A stretch of DNA of 64,000 nt from Squalus acanthias. Lineage: Eukaryota. Shown in pieces: positions 48,321-61,325 of this stretch. The stretch's first letter is position 1, and each line of letters opens with the position of its first letter. The stretch is from contig JASTWF010000333.1 in assembly GCA_030390025.1 (NCBI GenBank), positions 186,001 to 250,000 of the forward strand. The letters run 5' to 3'. The notes beneath the pieces are model-generated. The model worked only from the letters and a program-made list of their open reading frames with translations. It ran no database searches and was not told the DNA's origin. The position numbers and the translations under genes were made by a program.

Positions 48321-51070
48321 GTAGATGGTGGACAGGCTTTGAGCGATCAGGAGATGAACCACTCGTCACAGAGCATCCAGCCTCTGCCTTGCACTAGTAG
48401 CCATGGTGTTGATATGTCTGGGTCAGTTTATACTCTGGTCAATGGTGATCCCCCGCCTCCAATGTGCTGTTGGTTGGGGACATGGCGATGGTGATGCCAT
48501 TAAAGGTCAAGAGGAGATGGCTAGGCTTCCTCTCGTTCAAAATGGTCACTACCTGGAACTTAGGTGGCGTGAATATTACCTGCCATTTGTCAGCCCAAGT
48601 CTGAATATAATTCAGGTCCTGTTGTTGGCTGGTGTGGGCTGCTTCATTATCAGAGAACATAAGAAATAGGAGCAGGAGTAGGCCATACATCCTCTCGAGC
48701 CTGCTCCGCCATTTAATAAGATCATGGCTGATCTTTTACCTCAACTCTACTTTCCTACCCTATCCCCATATCCCTTGTTTCCCTTAGAAAGGTTGTGAAT
48801 GGAGCTAGGCACTGTGCAATCATCAGCAAACAACCCCACGCCTGTCCTTCTATCAGAGGGGTCATTAATGAAGCAGCTGACGATGGTTGGTTCGAGGATA
48901 CTTCCTTGAGGAACTCCTATACTGAACTCCTTCAGTGATGTCCTGAGGCTAGGATGACTGACTTTCAACAACCACCTTCATCTTCCTTTGCATCAGGTAT
49001 AAGTCCAGCTACTGAATGGTTTTCCCTTTGACTCCCATTGACTTCAGTTTTGCTTGAGCACTTTGGTTCCATACTCAACAACAACAACAACAACTTGTAT
49101 TTATATAGTGCCTTTAACGTAGTAAAACGTCCCAAGGCACTGCACAAGAGTATTTTAAGACAAAAAATTTGACCCCGATCCACATAAGGATAAATTAGGG
49201 CAGGTGACGAAAAGCTTGGTCAAAGAGGTAGGTTTTAAGGAGCGTCTTAAAGGAGGAAAGAGAGGTAGCGAGGCGGACAGGTTTAGGGAGGGAATTCCAG
49301 AGCTTAGGACCTAGGCAACAGAAGGCACGGCCACCAAAGGTTGAGCGATTATAATCAGGGATGCTCAGGGGGGCAGAATTAGAGGAGCACAGATATCTCG
49401 GGAGTTTGTGCGGCTGAAGGAGATTACAGAGATAGGGAGGGGCGAGGCCATTAAGGGATTTGAAAACAAGGATGAGAATTTTGAAATCGAGGCGCTGCTT
49501 AACCAGGAGCCAATGTAGGTCAGCGAGCTCAGGGGTGATGGGCGAACGGGACTTGATGCGAGTTCGGACACGGGCAGCCGAGTTTTGGATGACCTCAAGT
49601 TTACGTAGGGTGGAATGTAGGAGGCCAGCCAGGAGTGCGTTGGAATAGTCAAGTTTAGAGTTAACAAAAGCATGGACTCAGTCGAATGCTACCTTGATGT
49701 TGAGGGCACCCTTCCTCTGGCATTCGGCTCTTGTGTCCCTGTCTTTATGAAGGCTCTGATGAGGTCTCGAGATAACCGGTTCTGGCAGAAACCAAACTAA
49801 GAATTGATGACCGGATTATTGGTGAGTAGGCTTTGCCTGATGGCACGATTGATGACTCCTTCCATCACTTTACTGATGATTAGGAGGAGGCTGATAGGGC
49901 AGTAATTAGGCACCATCAGCACGTCCCCAGCCATCAACACCTTGGGGGGGTCACCATTGACCAGAAAATTAACTGAACCAGCCATATCAACACCATGGCT
50001 ACTAGAGCAAGGCAGAGGCTGGATGCTCTGTGGCAAGTGGTTCATCTCCTAATCCCTCAAAGCCTGTCCACTATCTGCAAGGGTCAAGTCAGGAGTGTGA
50101 TCGAATGCTCATCATACACCTGGATGGATGCACCTGCAACAACACTCAAGTAGCTCAACACCATCCAGTGTTAGGTTTGTGGATAGGACATACCTGGGCA
50201 ATTTTCCACATTGTCAAGTAGATGCCAGTGTCATAGCTGTACTGGAACAGCTAGGCTAGAGAAGCGACTAGGTCTGGTGCATAGATCTTTAGCACTACAG
50301 CCAGGATGTTGTCAGGGCCCATAGCCTTTGCGGTGTCCAATGCACTCAGCCGCTTCATAACGTCATGTGGAGTGAACTGAATTGATTGATCATTGGTATC
50401 TATGATGGTGGGGACCTCAGGAGAAGGCCAAGTAGGATCATCCACTTGACACTTTGACTGAAAACATTTGCAAAAACTTCAGCCTTGTTTCTTGCAGCCA
50501 GCTGCTGGGTTCCACCATAGCTGAGGTTGGGGATGTTCAAGGAGCAGAATCTCCTGTCAGTTGCCTAGTTGTCCACCAACGCTCTCAACTGAATGTTGTA
50601 GGTCTACAGAGCTTTGCTCTGATCCATTGGTTGTGGGACAGCACAGCTGAATCTGCTGTTTTAGGTGTTTAACTTTACTAGGTTCGTACCTCATTCTAAG
50701 GTACGCCTGGTGCTACTCCTCGCAAGCCCGGCTACACTACACATTGAACCAGGGTTGGTCTCCTGGCTTGATAGTTTTCAAGGAGTGAGGGATGTGCCAT
50801 AAGGTTGCAGATTGTGATAGTACATAATTCTGCTCCTAATGATGATCCACAGTGCTTCGTAGATTCCCAGTTTTGAGCTGCTAGATCTGTCCTTAGTCTG
50901 TCCCATTTAGGACGGTGGTAGTGCCACACTACCAGATGGAGGATGCCTTCATGGTGGAAATGTGACTTTGTTTTCACAAGGACTGTGCTGTGTTTTCACA
51001 ATTTCTGTTAAGGCTATCATGGACAAACATGTTTGCGACAGGTATCTTGGTGAGGCTGACGTCAAGAAGG
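48321..51070 (-). mobile_element. Older diverged copy of a related APE-RT LINE, with nested CR1/L2 and an inverted segment
   Basis: VPQGSILEP, LFADDC and AMGPDNI on the minus strand. A CR1 tail lies at 48656-48790, an L2 at 49077-49675 and a plus-strand piece at 49911-50168. Confidence 0.8.
49077..49675 (-). mobile_element. Young L2 3' fragment
   Basis: (AAC)n tail. Near-identical to 6505-7105. Confidence 0.9.
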
Positions 51071-51880
51071 TCATAGAATCATAGAATCATAGAAATTTAC
51101 AGCACAGAAGGAGGCCATTTGGCCCATCTTGTCCGTGCCGGCCGACAAAGCGCTATCCACCCTAATCACACTTTCCAGCACTTGGTCCATAGCCTTGTAG
51201 GTTATGGCACTTCAAGTGCATATCCAAGTACTTTTTAAATATGATGAGGTTTTCTGCCTCTACCACCCTTTCAGGCAGTGATTTCCAGACCCCCACCACC
51301 CTCTGAATGAAAAAAAATTCTCCTCAAATCCCATCTAAACCTCCAACCAATTACTTTAAATCTATGCCCCCTGGTTATTGAACCTTCTGCTAAGGAGAAT
51401 AGGTCCTTCTTATCCATTCTATCTAGGCCCCTCATAATTTTATACACCTCAATTAGGTCTCCTCTGTTCCAAAGAAAACAACCCCAGCCTATCCAATCTT
51501 TCCTCACAGCTAAAATTCCCCAGCCCAGGCAACATCCTCGTAAATCTCCTCTGCACCCTCTCTAGTGCAATCACATCCTTCCTGTAACTGCATGCAGTAC
51601 TCTAGCTGCGGCCTAACTAGTGTTTTATACAGTTCAAGCATAACCTCCCTGATCTTATATTCTATGCCTCAGCTAATAAAGGCAAGTATCCCGTATGCCT
51701 TCTTAACCACCTTATCTACCTGTCCTGCTACCTTCAGGGATCTGTGGACATGCACTCCAAGGTCCCTCTGATCTTCTGCACTTCTCAGTGTCCTACCATT
51801 TATAGTGTATTCCCTTGCTTTGTTAGCCTTCCCTAAATGCATTACCTCACACTTCTCCAGATTGAATTCCATTTGCCTCA
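51071..51880 (-). mobile_element. CR1 LINE 3' fragment
   Basis: (CATAGAAT)n tail and the MEFNLEKCEVMHLG...RDLGV motifs. Confidence 0.9.
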
Positions 51881-52131
51881 AACCTATCTTTTCAACCATG
51901 CATACAGTCAACTCTGTTAATTCTTCAATTAATGCTCAATCCATTTCATCCCTATATGAAGTATCTTGGGACATTTTATTATGTCAAAGGCACAATACAA
52001 ATGTACATTGATTTGATTGCAGAACTGGAGGGCATACATGCATAATTATCAAGTTTGAGCAAGACTACAGATTAAAAGGATTTCTCTTCTGCTTGTAGAA
52101 ATGTGGAATTGACTTCCTGGAAAATCTTTTA

Positions 52132-53560
52132 AGTTGTTTTTCGGACTGGAGGAAGGTTTTTTTTAATTTGTTCATGGGATGTGGGCATCACTGGCAAGGC
52201 CAGCATTTATTGCCCATCCCTAATTGCCCTTGAGAAGGTGGTGATGAGCCGCCTTCTTGAACCGCTGCAGTCCGTGTGGTGAAGGTACTCCCACAGTGCT
52301 GTTAGGGAGGGAGTTCCAGGATTTTGACCCAGCGACGATGAAGGATCGGCGATATACTTCCAAGTCAGGATGGTGTGTGACTTGGAGGGGAACTTGGAGG
52401 TGGTGGTGTTCCCATGCGCCTGCTGCCCTTGTCCTTCTAGGTGGTGAGGTCGTTGGTTTGGGAGGTGCTGCCAAAGGAGCCTTGGCGAGTTGCTGCAGTG
52501 CATCTTGTAGGTGGTACACACTGCAGCCACGGTACATCGGTATACAGTGGTGTTCCCCAGGGGTCGGTTCTAGGACCACTGCTTTTCTTGATATATATTA
52601 ATGACTTGGATGTGGGTGTACAGGGCACAATTTCAAAATTTGCAGATGACACAAAATTTGAAAGTATAGTGAACAGTGAGGAGGATAGTGATAGACTTCA
52701 AGTGGACATAGACAGGTTGGTGGAATGGGCAGACACGTGGCAGATGAAATTTAATGCAGAAAAGTGCTAGGTGATACATTTTGGTAGAAAGAATGAAGAG
52801 AGGAAATCTAGACTAAAGGGTACAATCCTAAAGTGGGTGCATGAACAGAGAGACCTAGGAGTATATGTGCACAAATCATTGAAGGTGGCAGGGCAGGTTG
52901 AGACAGCAGTTAAAAAAGCTTACGGGATCCTGGGCTTCATGAATAGAAGTATAGAGTATAACAACGTGGAAATTATGATGAACCTTTATAAAACACTGGT
53001 TTGGCCTCAACTGAAGTATTGTGTCCAATTCTGGGCACCGCACTTTAGGAAGGATGTGAAGGCCTTAGAGAGGGTGCAGAAAAGATTTATGAGAATGATT
53101 CCAGGGATGAGGGACTTCTGTTACATGGATAGACTGGAGATGCTGGGGTTGTTCTCCTTAGAGCAAAGAAGATTGAGAGGAGATTTGATAGAGGTGTTCA
53201 AAATCATGAGGGGTCTGGGCAGAGTAGATAGAGAGAAACTGTTCCCATTGGCAGAAGGGTCGAGAACCAAAGGACACAGATTTAAGGTGATTGGCAGAAG
53301 AACCAAAGGCGACATGAGGAATAACTTTTTTACTCAGTGAGTGGTTAGGATCTGGAATGCAATGCCTGAAAGGGTGGTGGAAGCAGACTCAATCACGGCT
53401 TTCAAAAAGGAATTGGATAAGCATCTGAAGGAAAAAATTTGCAGGGCTACAGGGAAAGGGCGGGGAATGGGACTAGCTGAAGTGCTCTTGCAGAGAGCTG
53501 GCACAGGCTCGATGGGCCGAATGGCCTCCTTCCATGCTGTAACCATTCTATAATTCTATG
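52132..53560 (+). mobile_element. CR1 LINE (RT to 3' end), interrupted near its 5' end
   Basis: SGVPQGSVLGPLLFLIYINDL, KFADDTK and YCVQFWAPH motifs, with a CATTCTATAATTCTATG tail. Confidence 0.92.
52157..52540 (-). mobile_element. Poly(A)-tailed APE-RT LINE 3' end inserted in CR1
   Basis: Matches 31370-31755. The CR1 sequence GGACTGGAGGAAGG|TATACAGTGG is split around it. Confidence 0.88.
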
Positions 53561-53603
53561 AAGAGATGTGTTGACTGACATTTTCCTTTCAAAAGAACTC
53601 AAT

Positions 53604-54333
53604 GGGCTAGAAATTGGCCTCCTTAGCACCTCCCTGGGGGGGGCGATAACGGGGTGCTAACGACTTACCTCCCGGGCGTAGCAAGATGAATGACTCCCGC
53701 GCATTTCGGTGAGAGGTTTGCATCGGCGGTAAGACTCGTGCCACGATCTCCTTCGCCACGCGCATTGCCCCGGTAGCACCCCGGACCCGAACTTCGGTTC
53801 TGCCCCCTGCAGCATCGCCGGGCGATGACACCGACAGCTGCAGGAGGCGTTGATCGAGAGGCCGAGCACTTCAGGGGGCGAAAGTTAAAATAGGGGCCGC
53901 CGAGGTAAGTGCATAAAATTCTGAAATGGTTTTGCTCAATTTTTTATACTTGTTGTGGTTTGCGATCGATCAGCCCGGCACTCTGCTGGAGTGCATGGGG
54001 CTGATCGAGCCGGATCGTGGCTGCCATTGGGGACCAGCTAACTGATCCCAATGCAGAGCTGCAGCGATAGCCCTTCCCTGTAAGGGAGGGAAGGAGCCTC
54101 AGAACGCGGGAGTGCTGCACGGGACATTGTGCAGTGCTGCACAACTACCGCCCTGCCTCGCCTGTGTCCTTTAGCACTCCAGGAAGGAAGTGGCGCACTT
54201 TTAGCACTCCACTTCCTTCCTGGAGCGCTAAACCCAATTTCGTGAAAGATGGGACTCATTAGCACCTGGCGCTAAGTTTCCCAGCTTTCAAAATTTACCG
54301 CCCCCAAATGGGCCGATAATGAATTTCACCCCC
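53604..54333. mobile_element. Harbinger-type MITE
   Basis: AAT-GGGCTAGAAATT ... AATTTCACCCCC-AAT: imperfect TIRs and an AAT TSD. Confidence 0.7.
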
Positions 54334-55189
54334 AATGAATATTTAGCTAAAAATAGGGCTAGGAGCTAAAAGTATGGAGTGAACACAGTGATTATAGTCC
54401 TCTGGACCAAAGAGATGTCACTCTTGGAATGGAACTAGTAGGGCTGATAACCTGAAGTTTTGTGAAATTACTTTAGGGGTGAGGGAGACATTCACAGTGA
54501 TTTATTTGCTGGGAAGGTTTACCTCTGATATTCTTCCCTCTCAAGAGATTAAATAAATTGGAGGGAGTCCATTATGATGCATATTATCTGAAAGACCAGA
54601 CTCAGTGATCAGATGAATGACTCCTTTCATTCCTTACTCATGTTTTTATCTTCTTAACCTGACCTAGGCTAAATATGCTCAACAATTAATCATGTTTGAC
54701 CACAGTTCCCACAGTGTCACTGTAGTGCTTTATCTTTGTGTTTAATTTGATCCACTATGCAATTGTCACCTGTTAAGAAGAGACTAGCAACGGGAGTGCT
54801 GACAAGTGTAATTTCTTTATTTTCTATGCTGTTTTTCCCAGCATTTTATTTACCACTAATTTAAGTGAAAAAATTACTATAATAATAATTGGAAAATGTG
54901 CAAAAATACTGGAATGTTGTCCTGGATTTTTCTTGCAGTGAGCTGTAACAGGGTTCATTGAATAAATCTGCGTACCTACCACCTGCTACATTTTCCATTG
55001 CTGCTGATGGTCACCAGCAGAATATATTACTGAAATTGCAGTCGGTTCTGCTATTATTTAGGTCAGAAACATGGCCACTATGGGTGATAGAGAATGACAA
55101 ATGAGAAAATGCCTTTGTTATGCTCCTGCTTCCCATCGCAGCATGCGTAGTCGATGGCACCACCTAAGGCTGTGGAAAATCGGGACATA

Positions 55190-56075
55190 TTCCAAAGAGC
55201 AGAGGCGTTCTCCCCAGTTTCCTGGCCAATATTAAACCCATCACTAAAACAGATTGGGGGAAAAATTGGGTTGTTTTGCGCCTCCCGTTAGTGCCCCGGT
55301 AGGGGGAGGGGGCGCTAACGGGGTGCAAAGCCCCTAGCACCTGGGCGCGGCGTCGCTAACGCCTCCCGTGAAATTCAGTGGGAGGTTAGCGGCTGTGGTA
55401 GCCGGTAGCGCCCTGTGACGGTGCACCTCCGGCAATGACATCATTGCCATGCGCAGCGCCCCGCTTGTGCCCCGGCCGCAAACTTCAGTTGTGCCCTCTG
55501 ACCTACTGCCGGACGATATGTCCGACAGGGTCAGGGTGGTGATTTTGCGGCCGCGGCAGCGCTAATTAAAGGGCAGGTGCCGGGCGGCCATTTTTTTTGC
55601 GGGCCACCTGCCAGCACCTGCCCCCTTTCGCGTCCTCATGCGGGGTGCCGGCTGCGATCCAGCATGGCCCCCGGTGCGCACTGCGTTAGGCTCCTCCCCT
55701 TTAATCAGGGGAGGGAGGCCTGTACATAGTGCCACGATATTGAATGGTAGCGCCCCAGGAAGGAAGGGGTGCACTTCCAGCAGCGCCCCCCTTCCTTCTT
55801 GGGGAGCTACCACTCAATTTACTGCGTGGGGGCGCTAACTTTTTCCGGGCAGTAAAAGTAGTGCCCCAGCGAAGTTTGCGCCCCAAAGGGGGCGCGACCG
55901 AATTTTTCCCCCGTTATCTGGTCATTTCCACATCTCTGTTTGTGGGACATTGCTGTGCGCAAATTGGCTGCTGCGTTTCCTACATTACAAAAGTGACTAC
56001 TCTTCAAAAGTACTACATTCACGGTAAAGCACTTTGAGACATCGTGAGGTCATGAAAGGTGCTATATAAATGCAA
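55190..56075 (+). mobile_element. Deu-domain SINE fragment split by MITE D
   Basis: CCTGGCCAATATT...AAAACAGATT resumes as TTATCTGGTCATT...CAAATTGGCTGCTGCGTTTCCTACATTAC at ~55914. Confidence 0.7.
55256..55912. mobile_element. MITE family D
   Basis: TIRs GGGGGAAAAATT / AATTTTTCCCCC. Related to the family B termini and to 34310-34892. Confidence 0.8.
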
Positions 56076-56434
56076 TCCTTTCTTCCTCCTCCCTCCCCTT
56101 CCCTTCCCTCCCCAGGCTATGCTCACCAAGGACCACCCCCTGACCCCACCAAAATTGGCTGTGCCACGGGGAGATCCCTTGTTTTACGTGTGAATGGTGG
56201 TTCTCCATGATACTAGTTGTGCATCTTGGGCGCCTGCCTGTGGCAACTTGACAGAGAGTCCTGCACAACTTGCCAGCTCTGGGAAATACCTAGTTATCCT
56301 CTCCCCCACCCCCCACCACGCCCTCCCCCGCCCCCCGTGAAATGTACTATATAAATGCAAGTGCATCCTTCCTCCCTCCCCTCCCCTTCCTTGCCCTTCC
56401 CTCTCCTTCCCTCCCCAGGCTATGCTCACCCAGG
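56057..56434 (+). repeat. Local ~75-bp direct duplication
   Basis: CTATATAAATGCAA...pyrimidine tract...CCCAGGCTATGCTCACC occurs at ~56062-56128 and ~56347-56430. Confidence 0.6.
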
Positions 56435-56439
56435 ACAAG

Positions 56440-56580
56440 ACAACCCCTCCAATGCTGCAGCACTCCCTCTGTACTGCACTGGAGTGTCAGCCTAAACAAG
56501 GTGTTCATGCCCCCGGAGTGGAGCTTGAACCCATGACGTTCAGACTCAGAAGCAAGAATACTATCACTGAGCGAAGGCTG
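56440..56580 (-). mobile_element. Deu-SINE head fragment
   Basis: Reverse complement of 57930-58065 (GCAGCACTCCCTC.GTACTGCACTGGAGTGTCAGCCTA; CTTGAACCC). Confidence 0.65.
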
Positions 56581-57168
56581 ATACCTCTCAGCCTAGGTCC
56601 CCAGGTGGAGGCCTCTTCCAACGTTTGGCAGTATAGTATGGGCATGCAGTTTCTGATCCTACATCAGGTCTCACTGAGAGTTGGGGATATGGGAACTCCC
56701 GACTTTAGGAGTCCCCATCTCCCATCCTATCTCACCCCATTCCACCCCCACAGAGAGTTTCTGCATCTTATGAGCCTCACAGAAATCCCGATGTAAGACC
56801 AGGATCTGGGATATCTAGGTTTCTAAGCTAATTTCCAGATGTTCCAGCACGCTCCCACTGGAGTTATGGGGGTTATGGGGATGGTGCCCTGGAAAGCCAT
56901 GGAATTTCCGCTCCACGGTTTTGGGAGGTGCAAATATGTGATTGGATCTTTGCAAAGGTGCCATTCATTGATAAAAATGTAATTATTTATGTATGCATCT
57001 GAGAAATTAAAGGTTTTCAAAAATCTTTCTTATTAATGTTTACTTTAAAAATCGATTTGTAACTAAAATTGTGATTACATGTAAAGCGAACCTTATTTTG
57101 CAATATTTAATTTTAAACTGTAACAATCTTCATCCGCCAACTTATTAACTTCTTATTTTTTTACACAG

Positions 57169-57435
57169 AGTAACTTGGGATCCTTCTGCTTCTTGCTGTT
57201 TGCTGCAATTTGTATATTAGGGGCAATATACCTCTACATCGTCTTACCTGAAACCAAAAACAAAACCTTTGCACAAATATGCCAATCATTTGCCAAAATC
57301 AACAAGGTACCTATGCGAGAAACTGAACCAATTGCAACATTGGAGAATGAACTACACCTCGCAATGATTCCTTTACGTGATGGGACGAAGAACAAAGCAA
57401 AGAGGGACTCTGACAACGTTGAGAATATTTCATAA
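57169..57435 (+). CDS. SLC2A9: GLUT9-like transporter, last coding exon (TM12 plus C-tail)
   Basis: Acceptor tcttattttttttacacag. Translates [41 protein letters not shown]...ENIS*, against human GLUT9 [41 protein letters not shown]. Carries the sugar-porter PETK motif. Confidence 0.92.
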   Translation, partial: SNLGSFCFLLFAAICILGAIYLYIVLPETKNKTFAQICQSFAKINKVPMRETEPIATLENELHLAMIPLRDGTKNKAKRDSDNVENIS

Positions 57436-57496
57436 AAGATAGCCAACAAATCTTTCTCATTTAGATGGTCCTAATATATTAATCTACCTGACTCAA

Positions 57497-57502
57497 AATA
57501 AA
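57497..57502 (+). terminator. Candidate polyadenylation signal
   Basis: First AATAAA after the stop codon. Its use cannot be verified from sequence alone. Confidence 0.3.
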
Positions 57503-57639
57503 CAAGACAATTCTTGAAACACATGCCTCTAGAGAATTATTATTGCCATAATCTATTGCCTACTTTTTTAATTTGTTCAGAAAAGATATATAGTATTAAT
57601 TTTCAGACACTTTGGGCAATTTTCCTGGGGACTATGCTG

Positions 57640-57765
57640 GGGTATAAAAGGATATGGAGCCAAAGCAGGTGGATGGAGTTAAGATACAGATCAGCCATGA
57701 TCTCATTGAATGGCGGAACAGACTCAAGGGGCTGAATGGTTTACTCCTGTTCTTCTGTTCCTATG
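57640..57765 (+). mobile_element. CR1 3' tail
   Basis: GATCAGCCATGATCTCATTGAATGGCGGAACAGACTCAAGGGGCTGAATGG...GTTCCTATG. Confidence 0.75.
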
Positions 57766-57923
57766 TAAGAATTCAACTCCATATGTCTTTTTGCAGCTTC
57801 AAATCAAACCTCAACAAACTTCTTTCAATTGTAGTCACGATTGCTGGGCTACTTCTACTTTACAACAGTTGACAATCTCTTCAATTAAAAACATTCTGCC
57901 TTTTGATTTGGTAACCACATGTC

Positions 57924-58300
57924 AGCTGTGGCTCAGTGAGTAGCACGCTCGCCTCTGAGTCTAGAAGGCTGTGAGTTCAAGTCCCACTCCAGGGACTTGA
58001 GCACATAAAGCTAGGCTGACACTCCAGTGCAGTGCTGAGGGAGTGCTGCACTGTCAGAGGTGCCGTCTTTCAGATGAGACGTTAAACGTCTGCTCTCTCA
58101 AGTGGACGTAAAAGATCCCATGGCACTATTTCGAAGAAGAGCAGGGGAGTTATCCCTGGTGGCCTGGCCAATATTTGCCCCTCAACCAACATAACAAAAA
58201 CAGATTATCTGGTCATTAGCACAATGCTGTTTGTGGGAGCTTGCTGTGCGCAAATTGGCTGCCGTGTTTCCCACATTACAACAGTGATTCCACTTCAAAA
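57924..58300 (+). mobile_element. tRNA-derived Deu-domain SINE (SacSINE1/AmnSINE1-related)
   Basis: A box TGGCTCAGTGAG, B box GTTCAAGTCC, and Deu-like GAGGGAGTGCTGCACTGTCAGAGGTGCCGTCTTTCAGATGAGACGTTAAAC. Confidence 0.8.
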
Positions 58301-59394
58301 ATACTCCCAAAACCTGGAGTTCCCATCCCTGTCCCTGGATGGGGAACTGACATATCAGTGGCAGCCAGTATGCCGAGTGAGATGAGGTATTCGGCGCCAC
58401 CAAGAGTGCATGGGGCAAGCAACCAGGACCCCCAGAAAGAGACTTTTTAAAATGATTTCCTGGATTAGCCCTTGATCACAGCAGTGCGGGGTTGGGGGTG
58501 TGGGGGGATCCTGGTAAATCTCTGCCCATGGGCAGGTGGCCAGCTAAGTTTGTGGTGGCATGGGGCAGGGAGGCACCAGAGAAGTGCCCCAAGTGGCTTC
58601 TACTGGCTTCGTGCAAATAAAATTCCCTCCCACTGACCCCATAAACCCCAGCAGGGGTCTACGTTGGAGGGCACCGACGGGCCGATCCTTGGTGCTAACA
58701 TTGGGATCACCATTTGTGAAATTTCGCAGCCTATTACATTTAGTATTGAGTCTTTTAAATGTTATGACAAAGCAGATACTGCCACCTATGCTCTCCTAAC
58801 ATGATATAGTCACAGGGGCAAGGGACTTTTCTCTCTCTACTGCTGGGCAGAGTGCAAAGCACGAGCCACAGTATAAATCTGATCATGCCAGCTGCACTTC
58901 ACATTTGACAGCTACCCATCTCAGTATAACAGCAGCCTTAATATCAAAAGAAACGATTAAAACCACAAAAATGTTGCAGTTGCCTCCAACACTTCCCCAT
59001 TGAATAACGGTCAGGTTTGTTGTCATGTATTCTGAAGTCTTCAGTAACATAAAGATATATTGCTGTGAGGGCATTTATTTCTGATTGCTTCATATTGCAT
59101 GAGATGATCTTGAACTACCTGTGCTCTGACATTTATTGCACTTCCTTTATTGCCAAACATCAGCTATGATTCTCATGCCATTTACTAGCCAACAGGATTG
59201 CATTTTTGAGAAATACTTATGAAGGGCTAAGTTCCATAGTGTAGGACACTTTCAGGTAGGAAAGATTACGAGACAACAGAAGGTGAAGTAAGAAGCAGTG
59301 ATTAGTGATGGCAACCTGGAGTTTTTAAAGCTTAAATATCGTGAGAGGAAGCAAAGACTGAATTAAATTTGCAGCATTAACCCTAGCTGTAGCT

Positions 59395-60311
59395 CACCAC
59401 CACCTCTCTCGACCCCTCCACTGCTCCTGTCTTGTCAGACTGCTTGTCCGACATCCAGTCCTGGATGAGCCGAAATTTCCTCCAAATAAACATTGACAAA
59501 AGCCATCGTCTTTAGCCCCTGCCAAAAACTTTGTTCCCCAGCCACTGATTCCATCCCTCTCCCTGGCCACTGTCTGAGGCTGAACCAGACTGTTTGCAAA
59601 TGAGCTGAGTTTACAACCCCTTATCGTCTTCATCACAAAGGCCACCTACTTCCACCACCGTATTATTGCCCATCTCTGCCCCTGCCTCAGCCCATCTACT
59701 GTTGAAACCCTCATCCATGCTTTTGTTTCCTCCAGCCTTGACTATTCCAATGCTCTCCTGACTGGCCTTTCATCTACCACCCTCCATAAACTTGAACTTG
59801 TCCAAACCTCAGCTGCTCGTATTCTAACTCGCACTTAGTCCCGTTCACCCATCACCAATGTACCTTTGACCTACATTGGCTCCTGATTGGGCAAAGCTTC
59901 GATTTTAAAATTCTCATCCTCATGTTCAAATCCTTCTGGCCTCACCCCTCCCTATCTCTGTAGCCTCCACCAGCCATACAACCCTCCGGAAACTTTGCGT
60001 TCCTCCACCTCTGGCCTATTGTGCATCCCTCACTTACCTCGCCCCTCCATTGGCAGCCATGCCATCAGCCCTCTAGGCCCTAAGCTCTGGAATTCTCTCC
60101 CCAAACTTTCCACCTCTCCACCTCTCTCTCCTCCTTTAAGACGCTCCTTAAAACCAACCTCTTTAACCAAGCATTTGGTCACATTTCCTAATGTCTCCTT
60201 CTTTGGCTCGGGATCAACTTTAGTCTGATTACGCTCCTGTGAAGCGCCTTGGGAACATTTTACCACATTAAAGGAGCTGTATAAATGCAAGTTGTAGTTG
60301 TAGTTGTTGTT
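59395..60311 (+). mobile_element. L2 LINE 3' fragment
   Basis: Colinear with the other L2 copies, with the tail TATAAATGCAAGTTGTAGTTGTAGTTGTTGTTG. Confidence 0.88.
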
Positions 60312-60451
60312 GCTTCCAAGAGGCCAAAAGGTTAGATAATCTGATAACATTTGAAAACAGTAACGGTAGTTAAAGTGGAATACTTGAGATGAGATGCTCC
60401 CACCTCTGGCAAGATGTGACAGCTCCTGGCTGCAGAGGAGATGAGCTGATG

Positions 60452-61325
60452 GAATTAGATAAGTTGAGCGAGTGGGCAAATACATGGCAGATGCAGAATA
60501 ACGTGGATAAATGTGAAGTTATCCACTTCGGTAGGAAAAACAGAAAGGCAGAGTATTATTTAAATGGTGATAGATTGGGAAATGTTGATGCACAAAGGGA
60601 CCTGGGTGTCCTTGTATACCAGTCACTGAAAGCAAACATGCAGGTGCAGCAAGCAGTTAGGAAGGCAAATGGTATGTTGGTCTTCATTACAAGAGGATTT
60701 GAGTACAGGAGCAAGGATGTCTTACTACAGTTATACAGGGCCTTGGTGAGACCACACCTGGAGTACTGTGTGCAGTTTTGGTCTCCTTACCTAAGAAAGG
60801 ATATACTTGCCATAGAGGGAGTGCAGCGAAGGTTCACCAGACTGATTCCTGCGATGGCAGGACTGTCGTATGAGGAGAGATTGGGTCGACTAGGCCTGTA
60901 TTCACTAGAGTTTAGAAGAATGAGAGGGGATCTCATTGAAACGTATAAAATTCTGACAGGGCTAGACAGACTGGAAGCAGGGAGGATGTTTCCCCTGGCT
61001 GGGGGGTCTAGAACGAGGGGTCACAGTCTCAGGATATGGGGTAGGACATTTAGGACTGAGATGAGGAGAAATTTCTTCACTCAGAGGGTGGTGAACCTAT
61101 GGAATTCTCTACCACAGAAGGCTGTGGAGGCCAAGTCACTGAATATATTTAAGAAGGAGATAGATAGATTTCTAGACACAAAAGGCATCAAGGGGTATGG
61201 GGAGAGAGCGGGAATATGGTATTGAGATAGAGGATCAGCCATGATCATATTGAATGGGGGAGCAGGCTCGAAGGGCCGAATGGCCTACTCCTGCTCCTAT
61301 TTTTCTATGTTTCTATGTTTCTATT
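60452..61325 (+). mobile_element. Young CR1 LINE 3' fragment with open reading frame
   Basis: Uninterrupted ORF2 C-terminus to the stop at 61225 (KCEVIHFGRKN, RPHLEYCVQFWSPY) and a (TTTCTATG)n tail. Confidence 0.95.

Noticed and set aside
52437..52770. Apparent chimeric ORF or head-to-head fusion of two LINE families
   Set aside because: CR1 sequence is present on both sides (GGACTGGAGGAAGG at ~52143-52156 and TATACAGTGG at 52541), so this is a simple nested insertion.
60389..61225. Longest ORF (278 aa) as a host gene
   Set aside because: It is the C-terminus of CR1 ORF2 with a CR1 tail. The ATG comes from flanking sequence.
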